From Escherichia coli (GTDB lineage Bacteria; Pseudomonadota; Gammaproteobacteria; Enterobacterales; Enterobacteriaceae): a stretch of 64,000 bases of DNA. Positions 48,400 to 60,200 of this stretch are shown here, one piece after another. Numbering within the stretch: the first letter of the stretch is position 1; every line of letters starts with the position of its first letter. Location of the stretch: the NCBI RefSeq assembly GCF_041886205.1, contig NZ_CP169029.1; one strand, 5' to 3'. The notes beneath the pieces were generated by a model. That model did not search any database. It worked only from the letters and a program-made list of their open reading frames with translations, and was not told the DNA's origin. Position numbers and translations under genes: made by a program.

Positions 48400-49548
48400 T
48401 TAGCGAGCCACTCGAAGGCCGTTTTCAACACCGCGTGAGAACACGACCTGCCAGAGCTGAATATCACGGGCGCGGAAAGCACCTGCACAGGCATTCAGAT
48501 AATAGGTAAACATTCGTTTAAAGCGTTCACTGTAGTTATCCGCAATTTCTGGCCATGCGGCGAGGAATCGTTCATACCACGCCATCAACGTAGTATCGTA
48601 ATCAGCACCGAAGTTATGCCAGTCTTCCATCACAAAGTGGGGTTCGCTGGATTGAGCAATCTGGCGTACAGAGGGCAGGCAACCGTTCGGAAAAATATAT
48701 TTATTAATCCAGGGATCAACATTCAGATCGGTTTTTTTCGAACCGATAGTATGGAGCAGGAATATACCTTCCGGTTTCAAATTACGATCCACCACCGCAA
48801 AATAGGTATCGTAATTTTTCGGTCCGACGTGCTCGAACATCCCCACAGAAACAATACGATCAAACTGGTCGTTCAGGTCACGATAATCTTGCAGCAAAAT
48901 GGTGACATCCAGGCCTTCACAGCGTTCCTGAGCCATTTTTTGCTGTTCGGCAGAAATGGTGACGCCGACCACGCTTACGTCATAGTTAGATGCCATGTAG
49001 TGCGCCAGTCCGCCCCAGCCGCAGCCAATATCCAGTACGCGCATCCCTGGTTTTAACTGCAATTTTTCACAAATCATTTTGAGCTTCGCCTGCTGGGCAG
49101 ATTCCAGATTATCGGCATCTTTCCAGTAAGCGCAGGAATATTGCATGAAGGGATCAAGCATGCGGCTGAACAAGTCATTACCCAAATCGTAATGCTCCTT
49201 GCCGACTATCCAGGCACGTTTTTTACTCTGCAGATTGAAGAGACGAGCGCCGGCAATACGCAGCGTGTCTTTGAAATGATGGGGGAGTTGGTTCTCGAGA
49301 CCTGCGCGTAAGACTTTGCTAAAAAACATATCCAGTCGGTCACATTCCCACCAGCCATCCATATAACTTTCGCCTAACCCCAAAGAGCCTTCTTGCAGAA
49401 CGCGTTTAAAAAAATCGGGGTTTTTCACACGAATATCCGCCGGGGCAGAACCGTTAATGGCTATACCGGCACGGCTAAGTAATTCGTTGGCGATACGGTA
49501 CCAGTTGTCATCCGGTACACTGACTTCTTCTATACACGATGAACTCAT
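48400..49548 (-). CDS. cfa: cyclopropane-fatty-acyl-phospholipid synthase
   Basis: 382-aa ORF with SAM-binding motif (VLDIGCGWGG). Confidence 0.95.
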   Translation of the reverse strand: MSSSCIEEVSVPDDNWYRIANELLSRAGIAINGSAPADIRVKNPDFFKRVLQEGSLGLGESYMDGWWECDRLDMFFSKVLRAGLENQLPHHFKDTLRIAGARLFNLQSKKRAWIVGKEHYDLGNDLFSRMLDPFMQYSCAYWKDADNLESAQQAKLKMICEKLQLKPGMRVLDIGCGWGGLAHYMASNYDVSVVGVTISAEQQKMAQERCEGLDVTILLQDYRDLNDQFDRIVSVGMFEHVGPKNYDTYFAVVDRNLKPEGIFLLHTIGSKKTDLNVDPWINKYIFPNGCLPSVRQIAQSSEPHFVMEDWHNFGADYDTTLMAWYERFLAAWPEIADNYSERFKRMFTYYLNACAGAFRARDIQLWQVVFSRGVENGLRVAR

Positions 49549-49838
49549 AGTTTCTCCATCACTGGTCGGTGATCAGAACCTTAAAACAGCGTAGACGCTT
49601 TTTGGGCTTTGTGAGAAATCTCGCAGAAAAAACCGCGAGTCTATAATCCGACGTAGAACAGAGGGAAAGGAGGAACCCTTGCCGAAATGACCATCCATAG
49701 TGAGTCGGGAACGATCCTGTCCCCGTAAAAACATAATATTTATCGTAGCTTTAACAACTCGAAATTAGTATAGGCCGCTAATTTCAATCATACAACAAAA
49801 TTTTGTTAGCAGCCTAAGTATAAGTATATCGATATAGA

Positions 49839-51050
49839 TCAGTGTGATTCGCTATGAGCGACTTCGGCATTGCCATGATTCTGGCAGCCAACTTCTTCAC
49901 AACGTTGCATCATGTAACCCAGCGCGACCAGCACTACTGTTGATAACATCACGCTGGTGGTGGTGAGCAATGGCGTGCTGATACTGATCAGCCAGGAAAC
50001 TACCAGACTTGCGAGGAAGCACAGACCCAGTTGTAGAGTGTTCTGCAACGCTGCGGCGCGACCAGTTGCGTGTGGGAAGGGACGCAGCGCCTGGGCGACA
50101 ACAATAGGGTAGATCGCGCCATTGGCAATCGCCATCACACAGAATGGGATCAGAATTTCGACCAGCGACACATGGCTAATGAAGCCCGCAGCCCAGGTCG
50201 CAATGACGCTGACAGCAAACAGCACCAGCAACCACGGTAATAACTGCTTGCCTTGCCATTTCTGCAGCGCGGCGCGACAGCCATAACCACCAATCAGAAA
50301 CGCGATAGTTTGCGGGACATAACTTAAACCAATAACTGCCGGGCTGTAGCCCATTTCACTAAGGATGAACGGTGAACCGGTCAGCCATGCAAAAAAACTG
50401 GCTGAACAGGCCGCGTATATCAGCACGTTGCCGCGATAGGTTTTAGAACGTAGCAGGTCGGTAAAGGTCAGACCATCCTGACTATTGTTACGGGCCTTCG
50501 TCGTGGGTTTGAGCCAGAAAATAGGCAGAATCAGCACCACGGTAATGGCAAACAGGGTGGCGAAAATCGCTTGCCAGGAAAAATGGACCAGCAGCCAGCT
50601 TCCTAACAGAGGAGCCAGGGCCGGAGATAGACCCACCAGCGGCATGATGGTCGCAAAAATTCGGTTAACTTTCTGTGAAGGATAATAATCCGTCACTAAC
50701 GCTTGCCAGATAACCGCCGCGGCGCAGACACCCACAGCCTGTACAAAACGCAATACCAGCAGCGTAGCGGCGTTTTCTACCCACAGCATCCCCAGACTAC
50801 CTAACGCAAAAATTGTCAGGCCGATTAATAATACCGGTTTACGACCATAACGGTCGGAGAGCGGCCCCCACAGAAGCTGGGCTGCGGCAAAACCGGCAAG
50901 GAACAGACTAAGGCTGGCACTGACAGCAGACGCAGGCGTTTGCAGGTCGGCCTGTATGGCGGCGAAAGCAGGCAGATACATATCGGTTGCCAGAAAACCG
51001 AGTACGCTCAAACCCGCCAGCCAGACTAAAAATCTTTTCCCAGGTTGCAT
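49839..51050 (-). CDS. punC: MFS transporter (purine nucleoside / drug exporter family)
   Basis: 403-aa ORF recognised as YdhC/PunC. Confidence 0.88.
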   Translation of the reverse strand: MQPGKRFLVWLAGLSVLGFLATDMYLPAFAAIQADLQTPASAVSASLSLFLAGFAAAQLLWGPLSDRYGRKPVLLIGLTIFALGSLGMLWVENAATLLVLRFVQAVGVCAAAVIWQALVTDYYPSQKVNRIFATIMPLVGLSPALAPLLGSWLLVHFSWQAIFATLFAITVVLILPIFWLKPTTKARNNSQDGLTFTDLLRSKTYRGNVLIYAACSASFFAWLTGSPFILSEMGYSPAVIGLSYVPQTIAFLIGGYGCRAALQKWQGKQLLPWLLVLFAVSVIATWAAGFISHVSLVEILIPFCVMAIANGAIYPIVVAQALRPFPHATGRAAALQNTLQLGLCFLASLVVSWLISISTPLLTTTSVMLSTVVLVALGYMMQRCEEVGCQNHGNAEVAHSESH

Positions 51051-51162
51051 GTATATTCTCTAAATCTCTCAATTAAACACCGCCGCAAAGTGTAGGGAGT
51101 GAAATTAGTGTTGTGAAACGGTAATATTTGATGACTGGTTTCAAAAATTTTGCAGGCAGACT

Positions 51163-52095
51163 ATGTGGTCAGAATATTCACTCGAAGTTGTTGATGCGGT
51201 AGCGCGTAATGGTAGTTTTAGCGCTGCGGCACAGGAGCTGCATCGCGTTCCTTCTGCGGTCAGCTATACCGTGCGTCAGCTGGAAGAGTGGCTGGCGGTG
51301 CCGCTCTTTGAAAGACGGCACCGTGATGTGGAACTGACCGCTGCCGGGGCGTGGTTTCTCAAAGAAGGGCGCTCTGTTGTCAAAAAAATGCAGATCACCC
51401 GCCAGCAATGTCAGCAGATAGCGAACGGCTGGCGCGGTCAGTTAGCTATCGCAGTGGATAATATTGTCAGGCCAGAACGTACACGGCAGATGATCGTTGA
51501 TTTTTATCGCCATTTTGACGACGTCGAACTTCTGGTCTTTCAGGAAGTGTTTAACGGTGTCTGGGATGCGCTTTCCGATGGGCGCGTGGAACTGGCGATT
51601 GGCGCAACACGCGCGATTCCGGTAGGCGGTCGTTATGCCTTCCGGGATATGGGGATGCTAAGCTGGAGTTGCGTTGTTGCCAGCCACCACCCGCTGGCGT
51701 TGATGGATGGCCCGTTCAGCGATGATACGTTGCGCAACTGGCCGTCGTTGGTGCGCGAAGACACCTCGCGAACGCTACCTAAACGTATTACCTGGTTGCT
51801 GGATAACCAAAAAAGAGTTGTCGTGCCTGACTGGGAATCATCGGCAACCTGTATCTCGGCAGGATTATGCATAGGGATGGTGCCAACACATTTCGCCAAA
51901 CCGTGGCTTAATGAGGGGAAGTGGGTAGCACTTGAATTGGAGAACCCCTTCCCGGATTCGGCATGTTGTCTGACATGGCAGCAAAATGATATGTCGCCTG
52001 CGTTAACCTGGCTGCTTGAGTATCTCGGCGATAGTGAGACGCTGAATAAGGAGTGGCTGCGGGAGCCGGAAGAGACTCCCGCAACGGGTGATTAA
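51163..52095 (+). CDS. punR: LysR-family transcriptional regulator
   Basis: 310-aa ORF with N-terminal HTH; divergent from punC. Confidence 0.88.
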
Positions 52096-53117
52096 CGACG
52101 ATAGTCGCGGAACGGGCCGTCAGCCACGGAGCGGCGTTCAATCAAACGCGGATGCACTTCAATGGACTGCGGTTCTTCACGTTTGTTGACGATACGATCC
52201 AACAGCATGTTGAACGCTGTTTCACCCAGCGAATCTTTTGGCTGATGGATCGTGGTCAGCGCCGGCGTAAAATAGCGCGCGTTGCGCACGTTATCATAAC
52301 CGATCAGCGAAACATCCTGCGGGACGCGCAGGCCCATTTCATCAGCAGCACAAAGTGCGCCCATTGCCATGATATCGCCACCACAGAAGACGGCAGTAGG
52401 GCGATGCGGCTGCGACAGGATTTGCTGCATGGCGCGATAACCAGATTCGGGTTCAAAGTCACCCTGCACAATCCAGCTTTCCGGCACCTTTATCATCGCT
52501 TCTTCCATCGCCTTCATAAAACCGGCAAGGCGGCCTGCGCCGGTGTTACGTTCCAGCGGGCCGGGGATGACGCCGATTTCGCGGTGGCCGCGTTCAATCA
52601 GATAACGCCCGGCCATGTAGCCGCCTTCGAACGCGTTATCAATGACCGCATCGGTGAAGTCAGCTTTTGCTTCACCCCAGTCCATGACCACCATTGGGAT
52701 ATGGCGATACTCTTCCAGCATCGCCAGCAACGGCTCTGGGTACTCAGAACACATCACCAGCAGACCATCGACGCGTTTTTGCGCCATCATCGACAGATAA
52801 GCCCGCTGTTTCTCAAGATTGTTCCACGCATTACCCAGAATCAGGGTGTAACCTTTCTGGAAGCAATTTTTTTCAACCGCTTCAATGATCTCGGCAAAAT
52901 AGGCCGCTTCGCTGCTGGTCGCCAGCAAACCGATAGACTTGGTGTGGTTAACCTTCAGGCTACGCGCCACCGCGCTAGGGGAGTAGTGTAATTCTTTAAT
53001 CGCTGCCCACACGGCGTTGCGCGTTTCTTCAGCGACGAAACGTGTTTTGTTGATCACGTGTGACACAGTTGTAGTGGAAACGTTTGCTCGTTTCGCTACA
53101 TCTTTTATTGTTGCCAT
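52092..53117 (-). CDS. purR: purine repressor (LacI family)
   Basis: 341-aa [36 protein letters not shown]... Confidence 0.96.
53075..53090. promoter_or_regulatory. PurR operator-like palindrome (CGAGCAAACGTTTCCA) inside the 5' end of purR
   Basis: Match to PurR box core GCAAACGTTT; purR is known to be autoregulated through downstream operators. Confidence 0.6.
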
Positions 53118-53161
53118 TCCATTTCACTCCAGACCCTAACTTCAGCTCCTGCAAAATCGCA

Positions 53162-53177
53162 AGGTAAACGTTTGCCT
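53162..53177. promoter_or_regulatory. PurR operator-like palindrome (AGGCAAACGTTTACCT) in the purR leader
   Basis: Match to PurR box core about 45 bp upstream of the purR start codon. Confidence 0.6.
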
Positions 53178-53415
53178 TTACACACCTTACGCACAACAAA
53201 AGTGTTGCGGTACGCCGGAAAAACGACACGGAGCGTCAGGAAGGGGTCAATGGCCAGTACGCAAATAGTGTAAGCGTGGAATTTTGGCCGATCTTGACGA
53301 AAAGGGGAAGTGGTAAAAACACTTATCATTATAAATGACGGGAGATTTTTTCATCACAGTGTGTAAAAATGCGTAATATCACTTTTTGTGTGGTAATAAA
53401 AAAGGAGAAAACTTG

Positions 53416-53505
53416 ATGAGCACCGACCTTAAATTTTCACTGGTAACAACGATTATCGTCCTCGGTTTGATCGTGGCCGTGGGTTTGACTGCCGCGCTGC
53501 ACTGA
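53416..53505 (+). CDS. ynhF: 29-aa single-TM small protein
   Basis: ATG preceded by AAAGGAGAAA RBS; translation MSTDLKFSLVTTIIVLGLIVAVGLTAALH; below the ORF-track length cutoff; +/-1 nt. Confidence 0.7.
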   Translation: MSTDLKFSLVTTIIVLGLIVAVGLTAALH

Positions 53506-53670
53506 TTTCCTCTCGAGGGAGCGCGTTCTCCCTCGCATCTCCTTCCTGTTTGTTAGCAAAATGGCAAAAGTGTTTTCTCTTTTTGTTATTTTCATTTTTT
53601 TGTGATTGCTGTCATGCTTTCGCCACTTTAATGAATATCGCGTAATGACGCGAAGAGGTGGAGATAAGGC

Positions 53671-54840
53671 ATGAAAATTAACTATCCGTTGCTGGCGCTG
53701 GCGATTGGCGCGTTTGGTATCGGGACAACGGAGTTCTCGCCAATGGGCTTATTGCCCGTCATTGCGCGCGGTGTGGATGTCTCGATTCCCGCTGCCGGAA
53801 TGTTAATCAGTGCCTATGCAGTTGGCGTAATGGTGGGCGCGCCGCTGATGACGCTTCTACTTTCTCATCGTGCCCGCCGCAGTGCGTTGATTTTCCTGAT
53901 GGCGATTTTCACGCTCGGCAACGTACTTTCCGCCATCGCGCCGGATTATATGACTCTCATGCTTTCACGCATTTTGACCAGCCTGAATCACGGAGCATTT
54001 TTTGGTTTGGGTTCAGTTGTGGCCGCAAGCGTGGTGCCAAAACATAAACAGGCCAGCGCAGTTGCCACTATGTTTATGGGGTTAACCCTGGCAAATATCG
54101 GTGGCGTGCCGGCGGCGACCTGGTTGGGTGAAACCATCGGCTGGCGGATGTCATTTCTGGCAACGGCGGGGCTGGGCGTGATTTCAATGGTAAGTCTGTT
54201 CTTCTCATTACCTAAAGGTGGTGCAGGGGCACGACCTGAAGTGAAAAAAGAGCTGGCGGTATTAATGCGTCCGCAGGTGCTGTCTGCATTGCTGACGACG
54301 GTACTGGGAGCTGGTGCAATGTTTACCCTCTACACCTATATCTCTCCGGTACTGCAAAGTATTGCCCACGCAACACCGGTGTTCGTCACGGCAATGCTGG
54401 TGCTGATTGGTGTCGGATTCTCTATCGGTAACTATCTCGGCGGCAAACTGGCAGATCGTTCAGTTAACGGCACGTTGAAAGGCTTTTTGTTGTTGTTGAT
54501 GGTGATTATGCTGGCAATCCCGTTCCTGGCCCGCAATGAGTTCGGCGCAGCTATTAGCATGGTGGTGTGGGGCGCAGCAACCTTTGCGGTCGTACCGCCG
54601 TTACAGATGCGCGTGATGCGTGTCGCCAGTGAAGCGCCAGGTCTGTCTTCATCAGTCAATATTGGTGCCTTTAATCTTGGAAATGCGCTGGGAGCAGCGG
54701 CTGGTGGTGCGGTAATTTCCGCTGGGCTGGGATACAGCTTTGTGCCGGTGATGGGGGCGATTGTCGCGGGACTGGCATTATTGCTGGTGTTTATGTCAGC
54801 CAGAAAACAACCTGAAACAGTTTGCGTTGCTAACAGCTAA
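53671..54840 (+). CDS. ydhP: MFS transporter
   Basis: 389-aa 12-TM ORF. Confidence 0.88.
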   Translation: MKINYPLLALAIGAFGIGTTEFSPMGLLPVIARGVDVSIPAAGMLISAYAVGVMVGAPLMTLLLSHRARRSALIFLMAIFTLGNVLSAIAPDYMTLMLSRILTSLNHGAFFGLGSVVAASVVPKHKQASAVATMFMGLTLANIGGVPAATWLGETIGWRMSFLATAGLGVISMVSLFFSLPKGGAGARPEVKKELAVLMRPQVLSALLTTVLGAGAMFTLYTYISPVLQSIAHATPVFVTAMLVLIGVGFSIGNYLGGKLADRSVNGTLKGFLLLLMVIMLAIPFLARNEFGAAISMVVWGAATFAVVPPLQMRVMRVASEAPGLSSSVNIGAFNLGNALGAAAGGAVISAGLGYSFVPVMGAIVAGLALLLVFMSARKQPETVCVANS

Positions 54841-54842
54841 TT

Positions 54843-54875
54843 AAACAAAAACGCAGAAGGATAACCTTCTGCGTT
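54843..54875 (-). terminator. intrinsic terminator of sodB (AACGCAGAAGG…CCTTCTGCGTT + U-run on minus strand)
   Basis: Inverted repeat between convergent ydhP and sodB. Confidence 0.7.
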
Positions 54876-54985
54876 ACAGTTGCTGACAACGTGCGATTTA
54901 TCTTGCCGAATGCGCTGTTAACGCCTCATCCGCGTTGGCATGGTAAGCGAAGCGCATTAGGCAATACTGCATTTGCCATCAGTTA

Positions 54986-55567
54986 TTATGCAGCGAGATT
55001 TTTCGCTACGAATTCCCAGTTCACCAGCGCCCAGAAGTGCTCCAGATAGCCAGGACGTGCATTGCGATAGTCGATGTAATAAGCGTGTTCCCAGACATCA
55101 ACGGTCAGCAGCGGAGTCGCATCGGTGGTCAGCGGAGTACCCGCGTTAGAGGTTGAAACGATAGCCAGTTTGCCATCGCTGTTTTTCACCAGCCAGGTCC
55201 AGCCAGAACCAAAGTTTTTGATCGCTGCATCAGTAAACTGCGCTTTGAAATCGGCAAAGCTGCCAAAAGATACGGCGATAGCTTCAGCGACTTTTCCAGT
55301 CGGTTCGCCACCGGCGTTCGGTGCCAGGCAGTTCCAGTAGAAAGTATGGTTCCAGACCTGAGCTGCGTTGTTGAATACGCCACCTTCAGAGCTGCGAATA
55401 ATCTCTTCCAGTGATTTACCTTCAAACGCGGTACCTTTAATCAGGTTGTTCAGGTTAGTGACATAAGTCTGATGGTGCTTGCCGTAGTGATACTCGATGG
55501 TTTCCGCAGAAATGTGCGGTGCCAGAGCATCTTTAGCATATGGTAGTGCAGGTAATTCGAATGACAT
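54986..55567 (-). CDS. sodB: superoxide dismutase [Fe]
   Basis: 193-aa [35 protein letters not shown]... Confidence 0.97.
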   Translation of the reverse strand: MSFELPALPYAKDALAPHISAETIEYHYGKHHQTYVTNLNNLIKGTAFEGKSLEEIIRSSEGGVFNNAAQVWNHTFYWNCLAPNAGGEPTGKVAEAIAVSFGSFADFKAQFTDAAIKNFGSGWTWLVKNSDGKLAIVSTSNAGTPLTTDATPLLTVDVWEHAYYIDYRNARPGYLEHFWALVNWEFVAKNLAA

Positions 55568-55694
55568 TGCTACTCTCCTTTATTATTAATTTGCATACGT
55601 ACAATAGCCTTATTGTGCGTATGGATAGGGTAGCAAATTAAAAGGTGAGACAAAAGATGAACTTACCCTGTTGCCGTAACAACAGGGTAAAGTT

Positions 55695-56510
55695 TTAGCG
55701 AAGTGTTTTTGGGGTCATTACCCGACGAGCGCCAACATAGTGGCGCTGCCAGTAGTCTTCACTGAGAGAAGTGATTTGAATTTCCTGACCTGTGCGCGGT
55801 GACTGAATAAATTTGCCGTTGCCGACATACACGCCGACATGATCGGCTGTGCCGCGTCCCTGAGTACGGAAAAAGACCAGGTCGCCGTTTTTCAGTTCAC
55901 TACGTTCGATTGGCGCTGCATCACGCAGGTGATACATTTCATTCGCCGTACGCGGAATACGAATTTTCACCAAATCTTTATAAGCGTAATAAACCAGGCC
56001 GCTGCAATCAAAACCGGTACGCGGTGAGCTGCCACCCCAACGATATGGCTTACCAATTTGCTGCATCAGTTTATTCATTGCCACTTTCGTAGCTTTTTGC
56101 ACCTTCGCTTTGTGCGCGTCGGCAAGAGTTCCTGACGCGGCATTTTTGACTTTCACACAATGCGATTTATAGCCCTTACGTTTGGTACACTTTTCGGTAA
56201 AGCTGGCTGAGGCCGTTTTATTGACGGCGTGTTTGCTGCGAGTTTTGGCGTTTTTAGAAGCGGTAATGGAAGATTTTTTAACGGAAGAAGCGGTTTTGCT
56301 TTTGGTCGTACTTTTACTGGCGGCTTTTTTCGCTGTTTTCTGGGTCTTTTTGGTGGTTGCCGTGCTTTTCTTTTTATCTGCTTTTTTGGTGATATGAGTG
56401 GTAGCAGAACTCTCCCTGGCTTGCTTTGAAGCATGGGCCATAGGCGTTAAAGGCAGGGTGGTAAAAAGTAAAGCACAGAGCGTGATCGAAATACGGTTTA
56501 TCCGCGCCAC
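55695..56510 (-). CDS. mepH: NlpC/P60 peptidoglycan DD-endopeptidase with Lys/Thr/Ser-rich low-complexity linker
   Basis: 271-aa ORF with signal peptide; C-terminal NlpC/P60 domain (DCSGLVYYAY). Confidence 0.88.
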   Translation of the reverse strand: MARINRISITLCALLFTTLPLTPMAHASKQARESSATTHITKKADKKKSTATTKKTQKTAKKAASKSTTKSKTASSVKKSSITASKNAKTRSKHAVNKTASASFTEKCTKRKGYKSHCVKVKNAASGTLADAHKAKVQKATKVAMNKLMQQIGKPYRWGGSSPRTGFDCSGLVYYAYKDLVKIRIPRTANEMYHLRDAAPIERSELKNGDLVFFRTQGRGTADHVGVYVGNGKFIQSPRTGQEIQITSLSEDYWQRHYVGARRVMTPKTLR

Positions 56511-56843
56511 TGAGCGTCCCTCTGTTAAGGCAGGTCTATCATGCCTGCGTCTGATTTACAAAACTTGATGATTCTAATGCATAGAAGAAGAGAAAGTTAA
56601 TAGCTTTTATTGTTAAAAAATACGTTTCGTTGGCGAGCGCAAAAAAATGCAGCAGTGAAAGCTAAAAATGGTTATAAATACGCCAGTTTGCCGGCATCAG
56701 AGAAGAAACGAATATTTGAAATGCAACAAATAGAGCAAAGGGATAAAATAGCAAAAGCGTGATGAAAATGTTATTTTCCGATGCCGCACTGACCCGCTAC
56801 AATGTCAGATTACTGCCGTAAAGAAGTTTGAGGAAGCAAGACA

Positions 56844-57191
56844 ATGAGCACCACTATCGAAAAAATCCAACGCCAGATTGCTGAAAACCCGATCCTGCTG
56901 TACATGAAAGGTTCACCGAAACTGCCGAGCTGCGGTTTCTCTGCCCAGGCAGTCCAGGCGCTTGCCGCATGTGGCGAACGTTTTGCCTATGTTGATATTC
57001 TGCAGAATCCGGACATTCGTGCGGAACTGCCGAAATATGCTAACTGGCCGACCTTCCCGCAACTGTGGGTTGACGGCGAGCTGGTAGGCGGTTGTGATAT
57101 CGTGATCGAAATGTATCAGCGTGGCGAATTGCAGCAGCTGATCAAAGAAACTGCCGCTAAATACAAGTCTGAAGAGCCGGACGCGGAATAA
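56844..57191 (+). CDS. grxD: monothiol glutaredoxin Grx4
   Basis: 115-aa ORF with CGFS active site. Confidence 0.96.
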   Translation: MSTTIEKIQRQIAENPILLYMKGSPKLPSCGFSAQAVQALAACGERFAYVDILQNPDIRAELPKYANWPTFPQLWVDGELVGGCDIVIEMYQRGELQQLIKETAAKYKSEEPDAE

Positions 57192-57205
57192 TCCGTCTCG
57201 CAATA

Positions 57206-57240
57206 CTGACGGATGCGAACGGGCATCCGTCAGTCCTTTC
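57206..57240 (+). terminator. intrinsic terminator after grxD (CTGACGGATGC…GCATCCGTCAG + T-rich tail)
   Basis: Perfect 11-bp inverted repeat seen in sequence. Confidence 0.7.
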
Positions 57241-57241
57241 T

Positions 57242-60200
57242 CTATCCCCAATCTAGCCCTTGTGGCGAACTTGAAAATCCCGCCTCACGCAGCAACGTAA
57301 ACATCGGCGTTTGCCGGACCGGTAGATCATTCACTTCTGTTAGCGTAAAGCGCAGCCGTGGTTCGCGACGCAGTGCGGTAGTCAGCGCGTGGAAAATCTC
57401 TGGGGCGAGTAATTCCTCTTTTTCCTGCCAGACCAGCATTTTTTTGCCGCCTTGCGCCAGATAGAGTAACAATTTGCCGCCAGAAACGACCACCAGCGCA
57501 CCCGCCCGACGCGTTGGAACCAGCGTTGCCGGATGTGCAGGCCAGGGCAGAAGATTTCCCCACACATTAGCCGGATCGTTGGCGGAGAGCGCCACTGGTG
57601 TATAGTGGCGCGTTTGCGCGGTTTGTGTCGCCAGGTCACGCAATCGATCAATAGTCAGACGTTCAGCGAATTGCGCGCCACCCAGACCTTCTACAAAACG
57701 ACCTCGCATAATTCGCCCGGAGTCTTCCATACTTCGACAAAGCGTTTGCATCGATGGAAACCCGCCAGGGATATTTTCGGCTATCACCGCCTGACGACTG
57801 ATGATGCCGTAGCGGTCGAGCATATTTTCCGCCAGCGCCAGCATCCTTTCGGTATCGTTTAGTGGCTCCACCTGCAATAACGACCAGCGTCCAGCCAGAT
57901 TTGGTGTGTTGTAAGATACCCGCGGCGAGACGGGTTGCGCATAGACAGGACGTCCACGACGAGCCCGGTGACTGCGGCGAGTTGAGGTGCGTGCGTTGGA
58001 ACTGCTGCGGGTGAGGGCGCGTAACGGTGCCCAAATGTCGCTGGTGATGACGCCTTGCCAGACCAGCGCCCATAACGCCTCTTGCAGGGCAGAGAGATCA
58101 ACCGATTCGCCGATTTTGTCGCGTATCCGTTGGCTGATTTGTTGTGCAAACCAGGCTCCTCCGTCAGCCAGAACAGCGACTATCGCTTGTTGCAGCGCCG
58201 AACGATTCGCCTGATCCGCTTCGGCGGGAGTGAACGATTCTGCAGCATATTCCTGTAGATGCAGTGCCACCAGGCCGTCATCTTCACCCAGTTTTTTTTG
58301 CCCCGACCAGATAACCGCACCGGTTGCCAGTAATTCATCGAGCATTTCTGACGAATAGTCGCGTACGCGGGCAGGCAGGATCTGGCTTTCCCAGAGTGAG
58401 GCGGGTAAACCGACTCCGGCAAGCTGTTCGATCACCCGCATCACGCCATCTACGCCCTCATAAACGCCTGGCGATGTTGAGGCAAAGAGCGCCGGGCTAC
58501 CATCGGTGGCGGGTAATACGCCCTGACGTTCCAGCAGCAATCGCGCATAGGTCGTGGCTGCAACGGGACGCGTCGCTTCTCTGGCAGCTTGCAGCGAGCG
58601 CAAACGCAGACGACGAAATACTTCATCGCTCACCCAGATGTCTTGTTGCAGATTCATCACCAGACCCTGTTCACGCAGTTGCTGAAGCTGCTCTTCGACA
58701 ATGGCAATACCGAGACTAAACTCATGAGCCAGTTGTTCAGCCGTGACCAGAGCATGAGCCCGGAGATAGCGCAGAAAGAGGTCGCGAAGCGGGTAACTGA
58801 CTCTATGTAAATAAATCTCTGGCAATGACTCTGGTAGTCGTACGCCGAGGGCATCACGCAGCCTGGCGGCATCATCCATACAGGCAAGACGCTCCTGTCC
58901 GCTAATCATCGCCGGGAAGATTCGTTTTACTGCAAGAAGATTTTCCAGATACGACGCAACCTCTTCACTGCTGCCTGTATGCCGTTGCGCCAGGTCTTCA
59001 ACGGTCATTGGCCCCAGTTCGCGCAGCAGGTCGAACAATCCTTCTTCACCTTTCGCTCTTCTGCCAGGAGCCAGTCGTTGCAACTCTTCTTCCACCTGGC
59101 GAATGACCTGCGGGTCGAGTAATTCCCCCGGATCGACCTGTCCGAGTAGATTGCGCAGTAACTCGCTGTCCAGCGACAGTACGGATGCCCGGCGCTCTGC
59201 CAGCGGGGCGTCGCTCTGGTACATAAATTCCGCGACATAGCCGAACAATAAACTGGTGGCGAAAGGCGAGGGCGTAGTAGTCGTTACATCGGATATTTGA
59301 ATTTCGCCACCGTTCAGGCGAAGCATCAAACGTTCCAGTGCGGGAAGATCATAAACATCTTGCAGACATTCGCGTAGGGTTTCGAGAATGACCGGAAAAT
59401 CCGGATATCCCTGAGCGATTTCCAGCAACTGACTGGCGCGCAGCCGTTGTTGCCAAAGCGGGGTGCGATGGCCCGGCGTGCGGCCCGGCATTAATAATGC
59501 CCGCGCGGCGCATTCGCGAAAACGGGCGGCGAAAAGTGCCGAACTGCCTACCGCCTCGCGGACAATTTGCAGCAACTTTTCTGGTTCAAACAAAAAAATC
59601 GCGGCATCGGGCAATTTACCATCGGTGTCAGGAATACGTGCAACAATGCCGTCATCACTGGCGACCACCGACGCGTCAGCGCCCCATAGGGCATGTATTC
59701 GCCCGGCAATCGCCAGCGCCCAGGGTTCATGCACCCGTCTTCCATAGGGAGAGTGCAAAATAATACGCCAGTCACCAATTTCATCACGGCACCGTTCGAG
59801 GACCAGATGGCGACTCCCCGGAACGATGCCCGTCGCGTTGCGCTGCTCCTCAATCAACCCCTGAATATTGGCGATCGTATTTTCTTCTGCCAGCCACGGG
59901 GGAATAGTCCCGGAAAAGAACGCGCCATCCGCCAGCAAATGAAGAAAATCGCCGATCATCTCGCCTAATTCAGCCGGACGTCCGTTACCTTCACCACGCC
60001 AGAAGGGGAGCCGGGCAGAACGACCCGGAGCAGGAGTCACAATCACCTGATCGCGGGTGATTTGCTGGATCCGCCATGAGGTAGCGCCGAGAGTGATAAT
60101 GTCGTTCACCCGCGACTCATATACCATCTCCTCATCCAGTTCACCCACCCGCCGCGAACCGGCCTTTTCTTCACCTTCGGGTAATAACACGCTATACATG

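Noticed and set aside
52152-52991. 279-aa plus-strand ORF antisense to purR, and similar antisense ORFs inside ydiS (6601..7236), ydiO (10746..11282), ydiF (12215..12909), lhr and ydhV
   Set aside because: Each is contained in a confidently identified gene on the other strand and encodes low-complexity sequence; no independent support.
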